Notes: generated from the letters alone by a model not told the origin. A stretch of DNA of 64,000 bases from Candidatus Palauibacter rhopaloidicola (GCA_026914155.1 JAPPGH010000020.1:1068-65067), one strand, 5' to 3'. Shown: positions 34,861-45,296, counted from the stretch's first letter. Made by a program: numbers and translations.

Positions 34861-36979
34861 AGCGGTGCTTCGATCGCTCCGGCGTACCCGCCGCGGGTTT
34901 CTCGTGCTTGCTCTCTGGGGGCTGTGGCCGGCCGCGGCGCTCGAGGCGCAGGATCCGGTCCCCGCCGACAGCGTGATCTCGCTGGGCGAGTTGATCGTCT
35001 CGGCGCTGCGCGCGCCCACTTCCGTGAGAGACGTCCCGGTCAACGTGACGACGGTCACGCGCGAGGAGTTGCGCCTTTCCGCCGCGCAGACACTCCAGGA
35101 CGTCCTGCAGGAAGTCCCGGGCCTCAACTTCCGCTTCCCGTTCCAGGCCGGCGTCGCGCACCCCTCCTGGCAGGCCGTGACCATTCGGGGACTGGGAGGC
35201 ACCGCCGCCAGCCGGACGCTCGTGCTCGTGGATGGCGTACCCCTGAACGACCCCTACTTCGGCTGGGTACGCTGGAGCCAGGTCCCGGTGGAGGTCATCG
35301 AGCGCATCGAGATCGTGCGCGGCGGAGCCACGGTCAGCTGGGGCAGCCAGAGTCTCGCGGGCGTCGTCCACGTGATCACGCGCTCGGGTGGCGCCGGCGG
35401 GTTCTCCGCGGGCGTGCAGGGAGGGAGCCAGTCCACCTTCCGCGGCGACGCGATGGCGTCCTTCGGCGACGACCGCGCGGGCGGCTACGTGGCGGGCGAG
35501 TTCTTCGACAGCGACGGCTACATCCTGACGGAGCCCAGCCTGCGTGGCGCGGTGGACATCCCCTCCGCGTCGAGCCACGGGGCCCTGCGCGCGAAGGTCG
35601 AGTTGCAGGCCGGGGACCGCCTGCGCATCCACGCCCAGGGGAACTACTTCGACCAAGACAAGGACAACGCGACGCCCCTCCGCAACAACACCACCGAAGC
35701 GGGCTTCGGACAGGTCGGGGCCACGCTCACGACAGGAGAGGCGTCCACGCTCGCGTTCAACACATACATGCAGTCGCAGACGTACGTGAATTCGTTTTCG
35801 GGGGTCGGGGCGGGCCGGAACAGCGAGGAGCCGTCCATCAGCCAGGACGTTCCCTCATCGGGGGTGGGCGCCAACCTCGTCTGGAGCGGGGAAGACTTCG
35901 CCGTGGGCGCCGATTTCCTGCGGGCGACCGGCGCCGCGACCGAGCAGTACCTGTTTCGGGACGGCGCCTTCGCGAGACAGCGCGAGACTGGCGGCGATCA
36001 GACCCTGTTCGGCCTCTTCGCTCAAGGTCGCACCGACCTCGGCGAGCGCTGGCGGTTATGGACCGGCACGCGGCTCGACGTGTGGCAGAACTCGTCCGGC
36101 TCGCGGCACATCTTCAACACGGCAGACCGCAGCGTGCTCACGGACGAGGCGTTCGAAGACCGCAGCGGGACGCAGTTCAGCTCGAATATCGGCCTCTCGT
36201 TCGAGGCCTCCGAACGCGCCGCGCTGCGGCTGAATCTCTACACCGGCCTCCGGGTCCCGACCCTGAACGAACTGTACAAGCCGTTCCGCGCGGCCGGGAA
36301 CGTCGTCAACGAGTCCAACGCGGCACTCAATCCGGAGAAGGTCAGTGGCGCCGAGGTCGGGGTGGACCTTCAGCCCGACCCCTCCGTGCTGATCCGGCTG
36401 ACCGGCTTCCTCGCGAACGTGAGCGATGCGATCACCGACGTCACGATCCAGGAAGCCGAGACGTCCGGCGTCATTCAGCCGTGCGGCTTCGTGGCGGCGG
36501 GGGGCGTGTGCCGCCGCCGCGACAACGTGGGCACGTTCTGGAGCGCCGGACTCGAGACCGAAATCGAACTGCGTCCGTCCGCCGCCTGGCTGCTGGCGAT
36601 GAACCACCAGTACAACCCGACGGAGGTGACGGACGCTCCGGGGCGACCGGACCTGATCGGGAACGAAGTGCAGGGAAGCCCGACGCACCGCGCCATGCTG
36701 CGGGTCGGCCACATCGATCCGACGACCCTCGAAGTGGTCGCCACGGCGCGCTATCTGGGCGCCCGCTTCGACAACGACCTCAACACGGGCGAGATCGCGG
36801 GCTCGTTCCTGGTCGACCTCCGCTTCCGTCGCCGGCTGACGAGCCGGCTGAGCGCCTTCGCGAGCGTACAGAACATCTTCGATGCGATCGCGGAGATGTC
36901 CCACGACGCGAACGGCTTCATCCGGGTGGGCGCGCCGCGAACCCTCGTGGGCGGCCTGCGGGTGCGCTTCGGCGGCTGA
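34847..36979 (+). CDS. TonB-dependent receptor
   Basis: Signal peptide. Plug blocks (VTREELR.., IRGLGG..RTLVLVDGVPLND, IEIVRGGATVSWGSQSLAGVVHVITR). Long beta-barrel with terminal ..GLRVRFGG. The ATG at 34847 overlaps the glnS end by 14 nt. Confidence 0.85.
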   Translation: MTRREAVLRSLRRTRRGFLVLALWGLWPAAALEAQDPVPADSVISLGELIVSALRAPTSVRDVPVNVTTVTREELRLSAAQTLQDVLQEVPGLNFRFPFQAGVAHPSWQAVTIRGLGGTAASRTLVLVDGVPLNDPYFGWVRWSQVPVEVIERIEIVRGGATVSWGSQSLAGVVHVITRSGGAGGFSAGVQGGSQSTFRGDAMASFGDDRAGGYVAGEFFDSDGYILTEPSLRGAVDIPSASSHGALRAKVELQAGDRLRIHAQGNYFDQDKDNATPLRNNTTEAGFGQVGATLTTGEASTLAFNTYMQSQTYVNSFSGVGAGRNSEEPSISQDVPSSGVGANLVWSGEDFAVGADFLRATGAATEQYLFRDGAFARQRETGGDQTLFGLFAQGRTDLGERWRLWTGTRLDVWQNSSGSRHIFNTADRSVLTDEAFEDRSGTQFSSNIGLSFEASERAALRLNLYTGLRVPTLNELYKPFRAAGNVVNESNAALNPEKVSGAEVGVDLQPDPSVLIRLTGFLANVSDAITDVTIQEAETSGVIQPCGFVAAGGVCRRRDNVGTFWSAGLETEIELRPSAAWLLAMNHQYNPTEVTDAPGRPDLIGNEVQGSPTHRAMLRVGHIDPTTLEVVATARYLGARFDNDLNTGEIAGSFLVDLRFRRRLTSRLSAFASVQNIFDAIAEMSHDANGFIRVGAPRTLVGGLRVRFGG

Positions 36980-36988
36980 CCCGGCGCG

Positions 36989-38767
36989 TCAGTCGTCGAG
37001 GGCGAGTTGTGATATGAGGGTGTCGATCTCCCGGCGGAGTTCGGCCACGAGGTCGTCGAGCGGGATGATCCGGCTCTCGCGGACGCCGCGGTGGCTGAGT
37101 TCGGCGCCGCCCGCCTCCAGCGAGCGCTCGCCGATGACGAGGCGCAGCGGGAGGCCGCGCAGGTCGGCGTCGTTGAACTTCACGCCGGCGCGGAGGTCCC
37201 GCCGGTCGTCGTAGATCACCTCGATCCCGCCGGCGCACAGCTCCTCGAACACCCGGTCCGCGGTCGCCCACGTCTCCTCCTCGCGCGCGAGCGAGACGAG
37301 CGAAACGTGATACGGGGCGACGGAGATCGGCAGCTTGAGGCCGTAGTCGTCCCGGTGTTCCTCGGCCACGCAGGCCAGGAGGCGCCCGGTCCCGATCCCG
37401 TACGAGCCCATCCAGATCGGGCGCTCGGCCCCGTCCTCGTCCGTGTACGTCGCCTCCAGCCCCTCGGAATAGCGGGTGCCGAGCTGGAAGATGTTCCCCA
37501 CCTCCACGCCGCGCGCCATGCGCAGCCCGTCGTCGCAGCGCCCGCACGGGGCGCCCTCGAAGGCGAGGGCGACGGATCCGACCACGGTGGGCTCGTAGTC
37601 GCGGCCGCAGCAGACGTTGCGGAGGTGGTAGTCCGTCTCGTTCGCCCCGAGCACCAGGTTCGGGGACTCCACGACCCAGCGGTCGACGACGAAGATCGCG
37701 GCGCCGGGCTCGACGCCCACCGGCGAGGCGAATCCCGGCACCATGCCGGCCGCCGCGATTTCCTCCTCGTGCGCCGGGCGAAGTTCGAGCGCGCCCGCGA
37801 GGTTCTGGACCTGGATCGGGTTCACCTCGAGGTCGCCGCGCACGATCGCCGCGATCAGCTTCTCTTCGCGCGCTCCCTCCTCCCCCGCGAAGCTGCCCAT
37901 GTAGAAGACCATCTTCCCGGTCTCCGGCGCGGAGATCCCGAGCAGCCCCGTCACCTCCTCGATCGTGGCCGTGCCCGGCGTGTGGACGCGCTCCAGCGGC
38001 GACATCTCCCCTTCCCGGGGCTCCAGCGTGAACTCGGCGACCTCCCGGTTCGCGGCGTAGCCGCAGGCGTCGCAGAGCGCGAGGCTGTCTTCGCCGATCG
38101 GCGTCACGTACATGAACTCGTGGGCGATCTTGCCGCCCATCATGCCCGTATCGCTCCGCACGGCCGTGAGCGGCAGGGCGCAGCGGCGCCCGATGCGCTC
38201 ATACGCCTCGTAGTGCCGGTCGTACTGCTTCGCGAGCCCCTCCGGGTCCCGATCGAGCGAGTAGGAGTCCTTCATGATGAACTCGCGCACGCGAATCAGT
38301 CCGCCGCGGGAGCGGAGTTCGTCCCGGAACTTGGTCTGCATGTGGTAGACCATGGCCGGGAGCTGCCGGTAGGACTGGATCTCCGACGCCGCGTGGAAGG
38401 CCACCACCTCCTCGTGCGTCATCGCGAGGAGCAGGTCGCGCTCGCGGCGGTCGACGAACCGCGCCATCGTCGCGTCGATGTCGTACCAGCGGCCCGTCGC
38501 CTGCCACAGCTCCGCCGGGTGCACGACGGGCATCGACAGCTCCTGCCCGTCGATCCGGTCCATCTCCTCGCGCAGGATCTGCTCGATCTTCCTCAGCGAC
38601 CGCCACGCGAGCGGCAGGTAGGAGAAGATGCCCGCCGCGATCTGGCGGACGTAGCCGGCCCTCAGGAGGAGGCTGTGGGACTCGATCTCGGTTTCCCCCG
38701 GCGCCTGGCGCAGGGTCATGCCGAAGAGATTCGAGACTCGCTGTCCTGTACGTTCGGTTCGATTCAC
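36989..38767 (-). CDS. proS: prolyl-tRNA synthetase (bacterial type with editing insertion)
   Basis: Class II motifs. N-terminal SNLFGMTLRQAPGETEIESHSLLLRAGYVRQ. Length of 592 aa includes the INS domain. Confidence 0.9.
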   Translation of the reverse strand: MNRTERTGQRVSNLFGMTLRQAPGETEIESHSLLLRAGYVRQIAAGIFSYLPLAWRSLRKIEQILREEMDRIDGQELSMPVVHPAELWQATGRWYDIDATMARFVDRRERDLLLAMTHEEVVAFHAASEIQSYRQLPAMVYHMQTKFRDELRSRGGLIRVREFIMKDSYSLDRDPEGLAKQYDRHYEAYERIGRRCALPLTAVRSDTGMMGGKIAHEFMYVTPIGEDSLALCDACGYAANREVAEFTLEPREGEMSPLERVHTPGTATIEEVTGLLGISAPETGKMVFYMGSFAGEEGAREEKLIAAIVRGDLEVNPIQVQNLAGALELRPAHEEEIAAAGMVPGFASPVGVEPGAAIFVVDRWVVESPNLVLGANETDYHLRNVCCGRDYEPTVVGSVALAFEGAPCGRCDDGLRMARGVEVGNIFQLGTRYSEGLEATYTDEDGAERPIWMGSYGIGTGRLLACVAEEHRDDYGLKLPISVAPYHVSLVSLAREEETWATADRVFEELCAGGIEVIYDDRRDLRAGVKFNDADLRGLPLRLVIGERSLEAGGAELSHRGVRESRIIPLDDLVAELRREIDTLISQLALDD

Positions 38768-38926
38768 GGGTCGACCGCTCAGGGTGGTGGAGGATTGCCG
38801 CCGGACGGCGCGGGAGAGACACGCGACGCTAACCGGCCCGCTGTCCGGGGGCCAGCGTGTCGATAAGATATCGGTCGGGCACCGGCTCGGCCCGACACCG
38901 ATACGACCTCATCCCCGGAGTGACCC

Positions 38927-40372
38927 GTGCGTCGAAGGTCCGCAGCGCCCAGCATGAAGCCCGTCATGATCGTCGTCCTCGCCACCGCCGTGGCGATCCC
39001 CCTCGCCGTCCGCCCGCTGGGCGGCCAGGAAGCCGGGCAACCCCCCGCGGAACTCGGGGCGTTGCACGACATCGTGGCGGCCGTCTCGGCCGCGCGCGTG
39101 GAGGCCGACATCCGCCGGCTCGCGGGCTTCGGCACCCGCCACACGCTGTCCGACACGCTGTCCGACACCCGCGGGATCGGGGCCGCCCGGCGCTGGATCA
39201 AGGCCGAGTTCGATGCGATCTCCGCGGCGTGCGGCGGGTGCCTGGAGGTCTCGTACCAGACGTCCATGGTCATGGGCGCGGCGCGCATCCCGGAGGAGAC
39301 GGCCATCGTCAACGTGCTCGCGATCCAACGCGGGACGACGGACCCGGGCCGCTACGTCGTGATGTCGGGCGACATCGACTCGCGCGCTACGGGCGCCCTC
39401 GACGGCGTCACCGACGCGCCCGGCGCGAACGACAACGCGTCGGGGATGGCCGGCGTCCTGGAGGCGGCGCGCGTCCTCACGCAGTACGAGTTCAACGGAT
39501 CCATCATCTACGCCGGGCTGTCCGGCGAAGAGCAGGGGCTGTTCGGCGGACGGCACATGGCCGAGGTCGCGCTCGACGAGGGCTGGCGTCTCCAGGCGGT
39601 GCTGAACAACGACATGATCGGCAACATCCAGGGTCAGAACGGCGTCTCGGACAACACCATCGCGCGCATCTTCGCCGAGGGCACGCGCGCGGACGAGACC
39701 GAGCAGGTCGCCGGGCGGCGGCGCGTCACCGGGGGCGAGGTGGACTCCCCGTCGCGGAACCTGGCCCGTTTCATCGACCGTCTCGTCGATGGCTACGTCC
39801 CGAATCTCGACATGATGATGGTGTACCGGCTGGACCGGTTCGGACGCGGCGGACACCACCGGCCGTTCAACGACGCCGGCTTCCCCGCCGTCCGGATCAT
39901 GGAGGCGAACGAGGACTACCGGCGCCAGCATCAGGACATCCGCGTGGAAGATGGCGTCGAGTACGGCGACGTGATCGATGAAGTCGAGTTCGATTTCGCC
40001 GCCAAGCTGACGGCGGTCAACGCAATCTCTCTCGCCGCCATGGCCTGGGCTCCCGCGCCGCCGCGGAGCGTCGCGATCCAGGGCGCCGTCCGGCCGTCCA
40101 CGACGCTCAGGTGGGATCCCGTCCCCCCCGACCGCGCCCCGAACCTCGCGGGATACCGCGTCTACTGGCGGCTCACCGATGCGCCGCAGTGGCAGTGGAG
40201 CGTCTTCGCGGGCGATGTGACGGAGCACACGCTCGAGAACATCGTCATCGACAACTACCTGTTCGGCGTGGCCAGCGTGTCGGAGGACGGCTACGAGAGT
40301 CCCGTCGTCTTCCCGTGGCCCATCGGCGCGTTCGAGCCGCTGGAATGGACCCGCCGCGATCCCGGTAGCTAG
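38927..40372 (+). CDS. secreted M28-family aminopeptidase with C-terminal fibronectin-III-like domain
   Basis: Signal peptide. GANDNASGMAGVLEAARVL and SGEEQGLFG zinc-ligand blocks. FN3-like tail (LRWDPVP...YRVYWR). Alternative ATG at 38954. Confidence 0.8.
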   Translation: MRRRSAAPSMKPVMIVVLATAVAIPLAVRPLGGQEAGQPPAELGALHDIVAAVSAARVEADIRRLAGFGTRHTLSDTLSDTRGIGAARRWIKAEFDAISAACGGCLEVSYQTSMVMGAARIPEETAIVNVLAIQRGTTDPGRYVVMSGDIDSRATGALDGVTDAPGANDNASGMAGVLEAARVLTQYEFNGSIIYAGLSGEEQGLFGGRHMAEVALDEGWRLQAVLNNDMIGNIQGQNGVSDNTIARIFAEGTRADETEQVAGRRRVTGGEVDSPSRNLARFIDRLVDGYVPNLDMMMVYRLDRFGRGGHHRPFNDAGFPAVRIMEANEDYRRQHQDIRVEDGVEYGDVIDEVEFDFAAKLTAVNAISLAAMAWAPAPPRSVAIQGAVRPSTTLRWDPVPPDRAPNLAGYRVYWRLTDAPQWQWSVFAGDVTEHTLENIVIDNYLFGVASVSEDGYESPVVFPWPIGAFEPLEWTRRDPGS

Positions 40373-40428
40373 AAGCCGCCAGGCGCGGCGCCGGGCGGCC
40401 CGAATCCCGGCTTCCAGTTGTCGTGCGG

Positions 40429-41100
40429 CTAGGCGCGGCGCCAGGCCCAGCGGAACAGGACGAAGCAGAACAGCAGCGCGACGGCGATCCACAACCCGCC
40501 CCAGACCAGCGTGGGGACGCCGGTGAGTTCGGCCAGCATCCGGGCGTCCGACCGCAACTCCGGACGGTCGAGGATGTCGCTCTTGATGTCCAGCACCGCG
40601 TAGAGGCAACTCGTGAGGCCGAGCGCGGTGAGCAGGACGCGGTTCACCGCGGGGCCCGCCCGCCAGGCCACCGCGAGCAGCGCCGCGGAGAAGGCGAGCC
40701 CGAATGCGACGGCGAAGGATTCCTGCGCGAAGAGCAGCGTCATGCCCCCCACGGTCGCGGCGAGAACCGCGGAGAACCACGAACTGAGCGTCGGGAAGCG
40801 TTCCGCGCTCCAGATCATCAGCCCGCCCCACAGCAGGCTTCCGAGATAGCCCGCCGACAGGCTCAGGAACGCGTTCCCGCCGGGACAGCGGCACAGCCCT
40901 CCTTCGCGCGGCGTCACCTCGATGGCGAGGATCTGGCCCCCCGTCGCCAGCGTCGCCAGTCCGTGGCTGATCTCGTGCATCAGGACGACGAAGAGCTTCA
41001 CGGGATACACGAAGGGCGTGTCCCAAAGGAACCACACGACCGCAAAGAGGCCGACGAACGCGGCCAGGAACCGGACCCTTCGTTTGGATTGATCGTTCAT
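40429..41100 (-). CDS. M50B-like membrane metallopeptidase
   Basis: HEISHG (HExxH) at the start of a 6-TM protein of about 220 aa, the layout of Peptidase_M50B. Confidence 0.65.
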   Translation of the reverse strand: MNDQSKRRVRFLAAFVGLFAVVWFLWDTPFVYPVKLFVVLMHEISHGLATLATGGQILAIEVTPREGGLCRCPGGNAFLSLSAGYLGSLLWGGLMIWSAERFPTLSSWFSAVLAATVGGMTLLFAQESFAVAFGLAFSAALLAVAWRAGPAVNRVLLTALGLTSCLYAVLDIKSDILDRPELRSDARMLAELTGVPTLVWGGLWIAVALLFCFVLFRWAWRRA

Positions 41101-41169
41101 GCGGTCCTCATACGGGATGCGCGGGGCGCCGGTGTCGGCGGGCGCGGGGCGTCGCGTCGCGAACCGCCG

Positions 41170-42264
41170 TCACGTCGCGACCAGGAGGGCGAGCGCGACG
41201 AGCGTCATGGCCACGCCGGCGAGCGCGAAGATCGGCACCTGCCGGTCGAACCACCACCGGCAGACGGCGAAGACCAGCGAAAAGAGACCCAGCGTCGCAT
41301 AGACCGGGAGAAGCGCGCCGGCCCATGCCGTGCGCTCGCTGAGCGCGAGCACGGCCAGCCCCGCAGCGAGCGTCGCGATGAAGAGGGAGCGCTCGTCGGT
41401 CAGGGGCGGCTGCGGCCAGCGCGTGGCGGGCAGCCAGCCGCCGAGGGCGAGCGGGGCCAGGAGGAGCGCCTCGCCCAGCACGGTCAGCCTCCAGGCGTCC
41501 TGTGCCGGACCCGCGACCAGGAACGCGTCCGTGAACGCGGCGAAACCGGCGGACGTCGCGGAGACCGCGGCCATGAGGTAGAGCCCGAAGGCGATGATGC
41601 GACCCGAGATCCGGGCCGCGTGGAAGGTTCCCGGCGCGTCCCGGCGCAGGCGGAGCGCCGGCACGGATTCCGCGGGCGATCTGCCGACGCTGCGGGGCAG
41701 CCACCCGAGGCGTCCGGAGCGCCTGGAGCGCCTGGAGCGCCTGGACCGCCTGGACCGGGCCAGCAGCCGCGCGCCGATCCTGCGTACCCCGTCGGCCTCC
41801 GCCGCGGACAGCTCCGCGCGGGCCACGGCGGCGTCCAGTTCGTCCTCGTCCAGCAACACGCCGTCGCCGCCCTCCGGCAGCCACACGTCGAGGTAGAGAT
41901 CCTCGATGACCCAGGGCGAGGACTGCAGTCGCGGGGGCCGGATGAGGTTGATGTAGTAGCCCTGGAAGGCGCCGCGGCCGTGGTAGAAGGCTCCGATCTC
42001 GAACGGCTGCCCCGGACGAAGGAACCACATGAGCAGGGCGCCCGGACGGAGGGTCGTGGTCTCGTCGATCCTTACCGGCGTGAAGTCCGCGTCGAGAATC
42101 TGAAGCGTGATCTTCCACCCAGGGCCGTCGGCGAGCAACTCCTGGCGGAAGCGCTGCACGTGGCTCCCGCGACGCACTTCCACCTCCACGCGCGGTGCAG
42201 CGTCCGGGATCCGGCGCGCGGCCCGCAACGCGCGGCGCCGTGCCCCCAGGAGGTCGAACCCCAC
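41170..42264 (-). CDS. DUF402 (Ntdp/FomD-like nucleoside di/triphosphatase fold) domain fused to a C-terminal multi-TM domain
   Basis: GYYINLIRPP...IEDLYLDVWLPEGGDGVLLDEDELD is the DUF402 core. It is followed by a basic (SRR)n linker and about 5 hydrophobic helices. The GTG start directly abuts the stop of the upstream gene. Confidence 0.65.
   Translation of the reverse strand: MGFDLLGARRRALRAARRIPDAAPRVEVEVRRGSHVQRFRQELLADGPGWKITLQILDADFTPVRIDETTTLRPGALLMWFLRPGQPFEIGAFYHGRGAFQGYYINLIRPPRLQSSPWVIEDLYLDVWLPEGGDGVLLDEDELDAAVARAELSAAEADGVRRIGARLLARSRRSRRSRRSRRSGRLGWLPRSVGRSPAESVPALRLRRDAPGTFHAARISGRIIAFGLYLMAAVSATSAGFAAFTDAFLVAGPAQDAWRLTVLGEALLLAPLALGGWLPATRWPQPPLTDERSLFIATLAAGLAVLALSERTAWAGALLPVYATLGLFSLVFAVCRWWFDRQVPIFALAGVAMTLVALALLVAT
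41716..41760. repeat. 9-bp tandem repeat (x3 perfect plus 2 degenerate) encoding the SRRSRRSRRSRRS linker
   Basis: GGAGCGCCT x3 (41716-41742), then GGACCGCCT and GGACCGGGC. Confidence 0.85.
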
Positions 42265-44442
42265 CTACATGTCCGACGGAGATCCCGGGACCCGCCACGG
42301 AGCGTCGGACGTGAAGGATCCGTTCGTGTCGGCGAGCCTCTCCAGCCCCGGCGCCGGGGCGAAGCGGTCCCCGTGCCGCTCCTGCAGTTCGAGAAGACGG
42401 TCGCGCACGGACCCCACTCCTCGAGACTCCGCCCACGCGAGCGGTCCGCCGCGGAACGGCGGAAACCCCGTGCCCAGCACCATCGCCAGATCGACGTCTC
42501 CCGGCCCCGCCACGACGCGTTCCTCGAGCGCATACATGGCTTCGTTCACCGAGATCAGCAGACAGCGATCGACGATCTCCTCGGGTCGCACGCCGCCGCC
42601 CCCCGAGCCGAAGGCGCGGGTCACCTCCCGGTCCACGCGCTCCTCGCGGCCGGAATACGTGTAGAAGCCGCGGTCGTTCTTCTTCCCCAGCCGGCCCAGC
42701 CCCGTGAGCGTTTCCAGGGCCGCGGAGGGGCGCATGCGGTCGCCGAACGCCCGCGTCATCTCCTTCGCGACGTGCGCCGCGACGTCGAAACCGACCTCAT
42801 CGAGCAGTCGACACGGCCCCATCGGCAGCCCGAAATCCTTGAGCGTCCGGTCGATACCGACCACGTCCGCTCCGTCCGTGAGCAGGAAGCCGACCTCGTT
42901 CAGGTACGGCGCGAGGAGCCGGTTGACGATGAAGCCGGGCCGGTCCGCGACGAGCACGGGCGTCTTCCCGAGCCGCCGCGCGAGCCGGACCACCGTGGCG
43001 AGCGCCTCAGCCGAGGAGGACTCCCCGCGGATGATCTCCACGAGGGGCATGCGGTGCACCGGATTGAAGAAGTGCAGGCCGACGACCCGGTCCGGCCGGG
43101 CGGCGGCCTTGCTCAACTCCGTCACCGACAGCGAGGACGTGTTCGTCGCGAAGACGGCGTGCGCGGGAAGCTCCGGCTCCACGTCCCGGAGGACCTGCTG
43201 CTTGACGTGGAGCCGTTCGACGACGGCTTCGATGATGACGTCGACATCGCCGAACCGCTCGTAGTCGAGCGTGCCGTGGATGAGCGCGAACTTCAGCCCC
43301 ACCTCCTCCGGCGCGATGATCCCCCGCTTGCCCGCCTTCTGGAGCAGTTCGTTCGCGTGGCGCAGCCCCGTGTCGAGCGCATCCCGATCGATGTCCTTGA
43401 GGATGACCGCGATGTCGTGCGCGGCGGCGAGTTCGGCGATCCCGCCGCCCATGACGCCGGCCCCGAGGACCGCGACCTTCTTCACCTCCCGCTGCTGCGC
43501 CGCGATCTCCGGGGCGAACGCCTTGTTCGCGGCCCGGCCTCCCCGGAACAGCCGGACGAGGTTCCGGCAGACGTCCGTCGTGGCCACCTCTCCCAGCGCC
43601 TCCGCCTCGATGGCGAGCGCCTCGTCGATCGGCAGGTCCAGCGTTTCTTCGATGACGTCGATCGCCTTCAGCGCGGCGGGGTATCGCGTCCCGGAGGCGG
43701 TGCGCACGCGCTTGCGGGCGCCCCGGAAGAGCAGGCGGCGCCCAAGGCCGGTGTTTTCCAGGAAGCGGTCTCGCGCCGTCTCGTGCGGGAGCACGCGCTC
43801 GACCCGCCCGAGCACGGCGTCCAGGGCCACCTGCGCGACGGAATGCTGGAAACCCGTGTCCTCGAAGACCTGGTCGACGAGACCGTATCGATACGCGTGG
43901 GAGGCGGAGAGGCTCCTCCCCGTGAGGATCATCGAGAGCGCCCGCTGAATCCCGATGAGGCGGGGCAGCCGCACCGAGCCCCCGAACCCGGGAATCAACC
44001 CGAGCTTGATCTCGGGCAAGCCGATCGTCGTGGCGGGGGCGTCCGAAGCCAGGCGCCAGTCGCACGCCAGCGCGAGCTCCGTGCCTCCGCCCAGGCAGAC
44101 GCCGCGAATCGCGGCGACCTTCGGGATCCCGAGCCGGCCCAGCCGGTTGAAGATCCGCTGCCCCATGGCGCTCTTCCGGCGGCCGTCCTCCGCGTCCTCG
44201 ATCTCGGCGATCTCGTTGACGTCGGCGCCGGCGATGAACGTGCCCGGTTTCGCGCTCCAGAGGACGACCGCGATGGGGTGTCCGGTGGCGATCCGCGACT
44301 CGAGTTCGGCGAGATGGCGGTCCAGGTGCCGCATCACCCGGGAGTCGAGGAGGTTCACCCGGGAGTCGGGGGCGTCGAAGATCAGCCAGGCGATCTTGTC
44401 CGCGTCGATCTCGAGCCTGAGCGTCACCGGCTTATCGACCAT
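42265..44442 (-). CDS. bifunctional enoyl-CoA hydratase / 3-hydroxyacyl-CoA dehydrogenase (FadB/FadJ-like)
   Basis: N-terminal crotonase fold (FIAGADVNEI, GGGTELALACD), a central Rossmann motif VAVLGAGVMGGGIA, and C-terminal 3HCDH repeats. Confidence 0.85.
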   Translation of the reverse strand: MVDKPVTLRLEIDADKIAWLIFDAPDSRVNLLDSRVMRHLDRHLAELESRIATGHPIAVVLWSAKPGTFIAGADVNEIAEIEDAEDGRRKSAMGQRIFNRLGRLGIPKVAAIRGVCLGGGTELALACDWRLASDAPATTIGLPEIKLGLIPGFGGSVRLPRLIGIQRALSMILTGRSLSASHAYRYGLVDQVFEDTGFQHSVAQVALDAVLGRVERVLPHETARDRFLENTGLGRRLLFRGARKRVRTASGTRYPAALKAIDVIEETLDLPIDEALAIEAEALGEVATTDVCRNLVRLFRGGRAANKAFAPEIAAQQREVKKVAVLGAGVMGGGIAELAAAHDIAVILKDIDRDALDTGLRHANELLQKAGKRGIIAPEEVGLKFALIHGTLDYERFGDVDVIIEAVVERLHVKQQVLRDVEPELPAHAVFATNTSSLSVTELSKAAARPDRVVGLHFFNPVHRMPLVEIIRGESSSAEALATVVRLARRLGKTPVLVADRPGFIVNRLLAPYLNEVGFLLTDGADVVGIDRTLKDFGLPMGPCRLLDEVGFDVAAHVAKEMTRAFGDRMRPSAALETLTGLGRLGKKNDRGFYTYSGREERVDREVTRAFGSGGGGVRPEEIVDRCLLISVNEAMYALEERVVAGPGDVDLAMVLGTGFPPFRGGPLAWAESRGVGSVRDRLLELQERHGDRFAPAPGLERLADTNGSFTSDAPWRVPGSPSDM

Positions 44443-44478
44443 GCGTCCCCCAGCTACCCGTCAGCCAGGGGCCCGCGG

Positions 44479-45243
44479 CTAGCAGCGCTGACGCACACCC
44501 TGTCGCAGTTCGGCGTTGCCCGGCACCAGCCGCAGCGTGTCCCCGGAAGCCTCGTCGACCATCACGTTCCAGTAGAGTTCGCCGGCCGCGGTGCTTACCC
44601 GGGCGTGGATCCACCAGGGCCCGCCGGACGCCGACGCCCACGCCACCCCATCGGCGTCCGTGGTGTCCGCCATCACTTGTTGTCCCAGCGCCATGAGAAG
44701 GTCGTCCTCCATGTCGCCGTACCCCGCGAAGGCCGCTTCCTCCCAGGAGTCGATGACGATGCAGATCGAGTCGACGCGCTGCTGGTTGGCCTGCTGGAGC
44801 TCGCTGAACTCGTCGAACGCCGCCTGCCGCTGGCGGTTCAGGGCCTGTTCGCGATCTTCGAGATCGCCGAACTGGTCGAACAGCCGCCGGTATTCCACGC
44901 TGCGGTCGTCGAGGTTGTCGAGTTGGGTGGTGATCGACCGCATGGAATCGCGGACGTTGTTCCAACTCGACTCCGCCGTACTCCAGCGGTCCCGGTACTC
45001 CTGTTCGGTCCGGGAGGCCTCTTCGAGATCCTCCGGGATCGCCGGCTCCGGCGTCGCGGCCTGCCCGACGATGACCGCGAACAGGGAGTCGCGGTCAAAC
45101 GGAATAAACTGAACTTCCAGGTCGTTCACGGGTTCGGCCGCGGCCTCGTCGGCCGTGACCTGCACGGTGATTCTGCCGCCACAGGCGGCCAGCAACGGGA
45201 GGATCGCCAGAAGCGGGGTCGCGACACGCAACTTCGACATCAA
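44479..45243 (-). CDS. hypothetical lipoprotein
   Basis: Lipobox LLAAC after a signal peptide. Acidic, Gln-rich helical middle. No family recognised. Confidence 0.6.
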   Translation of the reverse strand: MMSKLRVATPLLAILPLLAACGGRITVQVTADEAAAEPVNDLEVQFIPFDRDSLFAVIVGQAATPEPAIPEDLEEASRTEQEYRDRWSTAESSWNNVRDSMRSITTQLDNLDDRSVEYRRLFDQFGDLEDREQALNRQRQAAFDEFSELQQANQQRVDSICIVIDSWEEAAFAGYGDMEDDLLMALGQQVMADTTDADGVAWASASGGPWWIHARVSTAAGELYWNVMVDEASGDTLRLVPGNAELRQGVRQRC

Positions 45244-45296
45244 TCGAACTCCAGTTGGGGTGTCCGGATAAGTGGGCGGAATCTAAGAAGCTCCGG

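Noticed and set aside
37091-38866. A 591-aa plus-strand ORF. The same applies to ORFs 46663..49074(+), 25749..27965(+) and 26203..28065(-).
   Set aside because: Each is antisense or out of frame relative to genes with strong motif support (proS; metG and PSP1; the OmpA-family gene and pruA). They are shadow ORFs.
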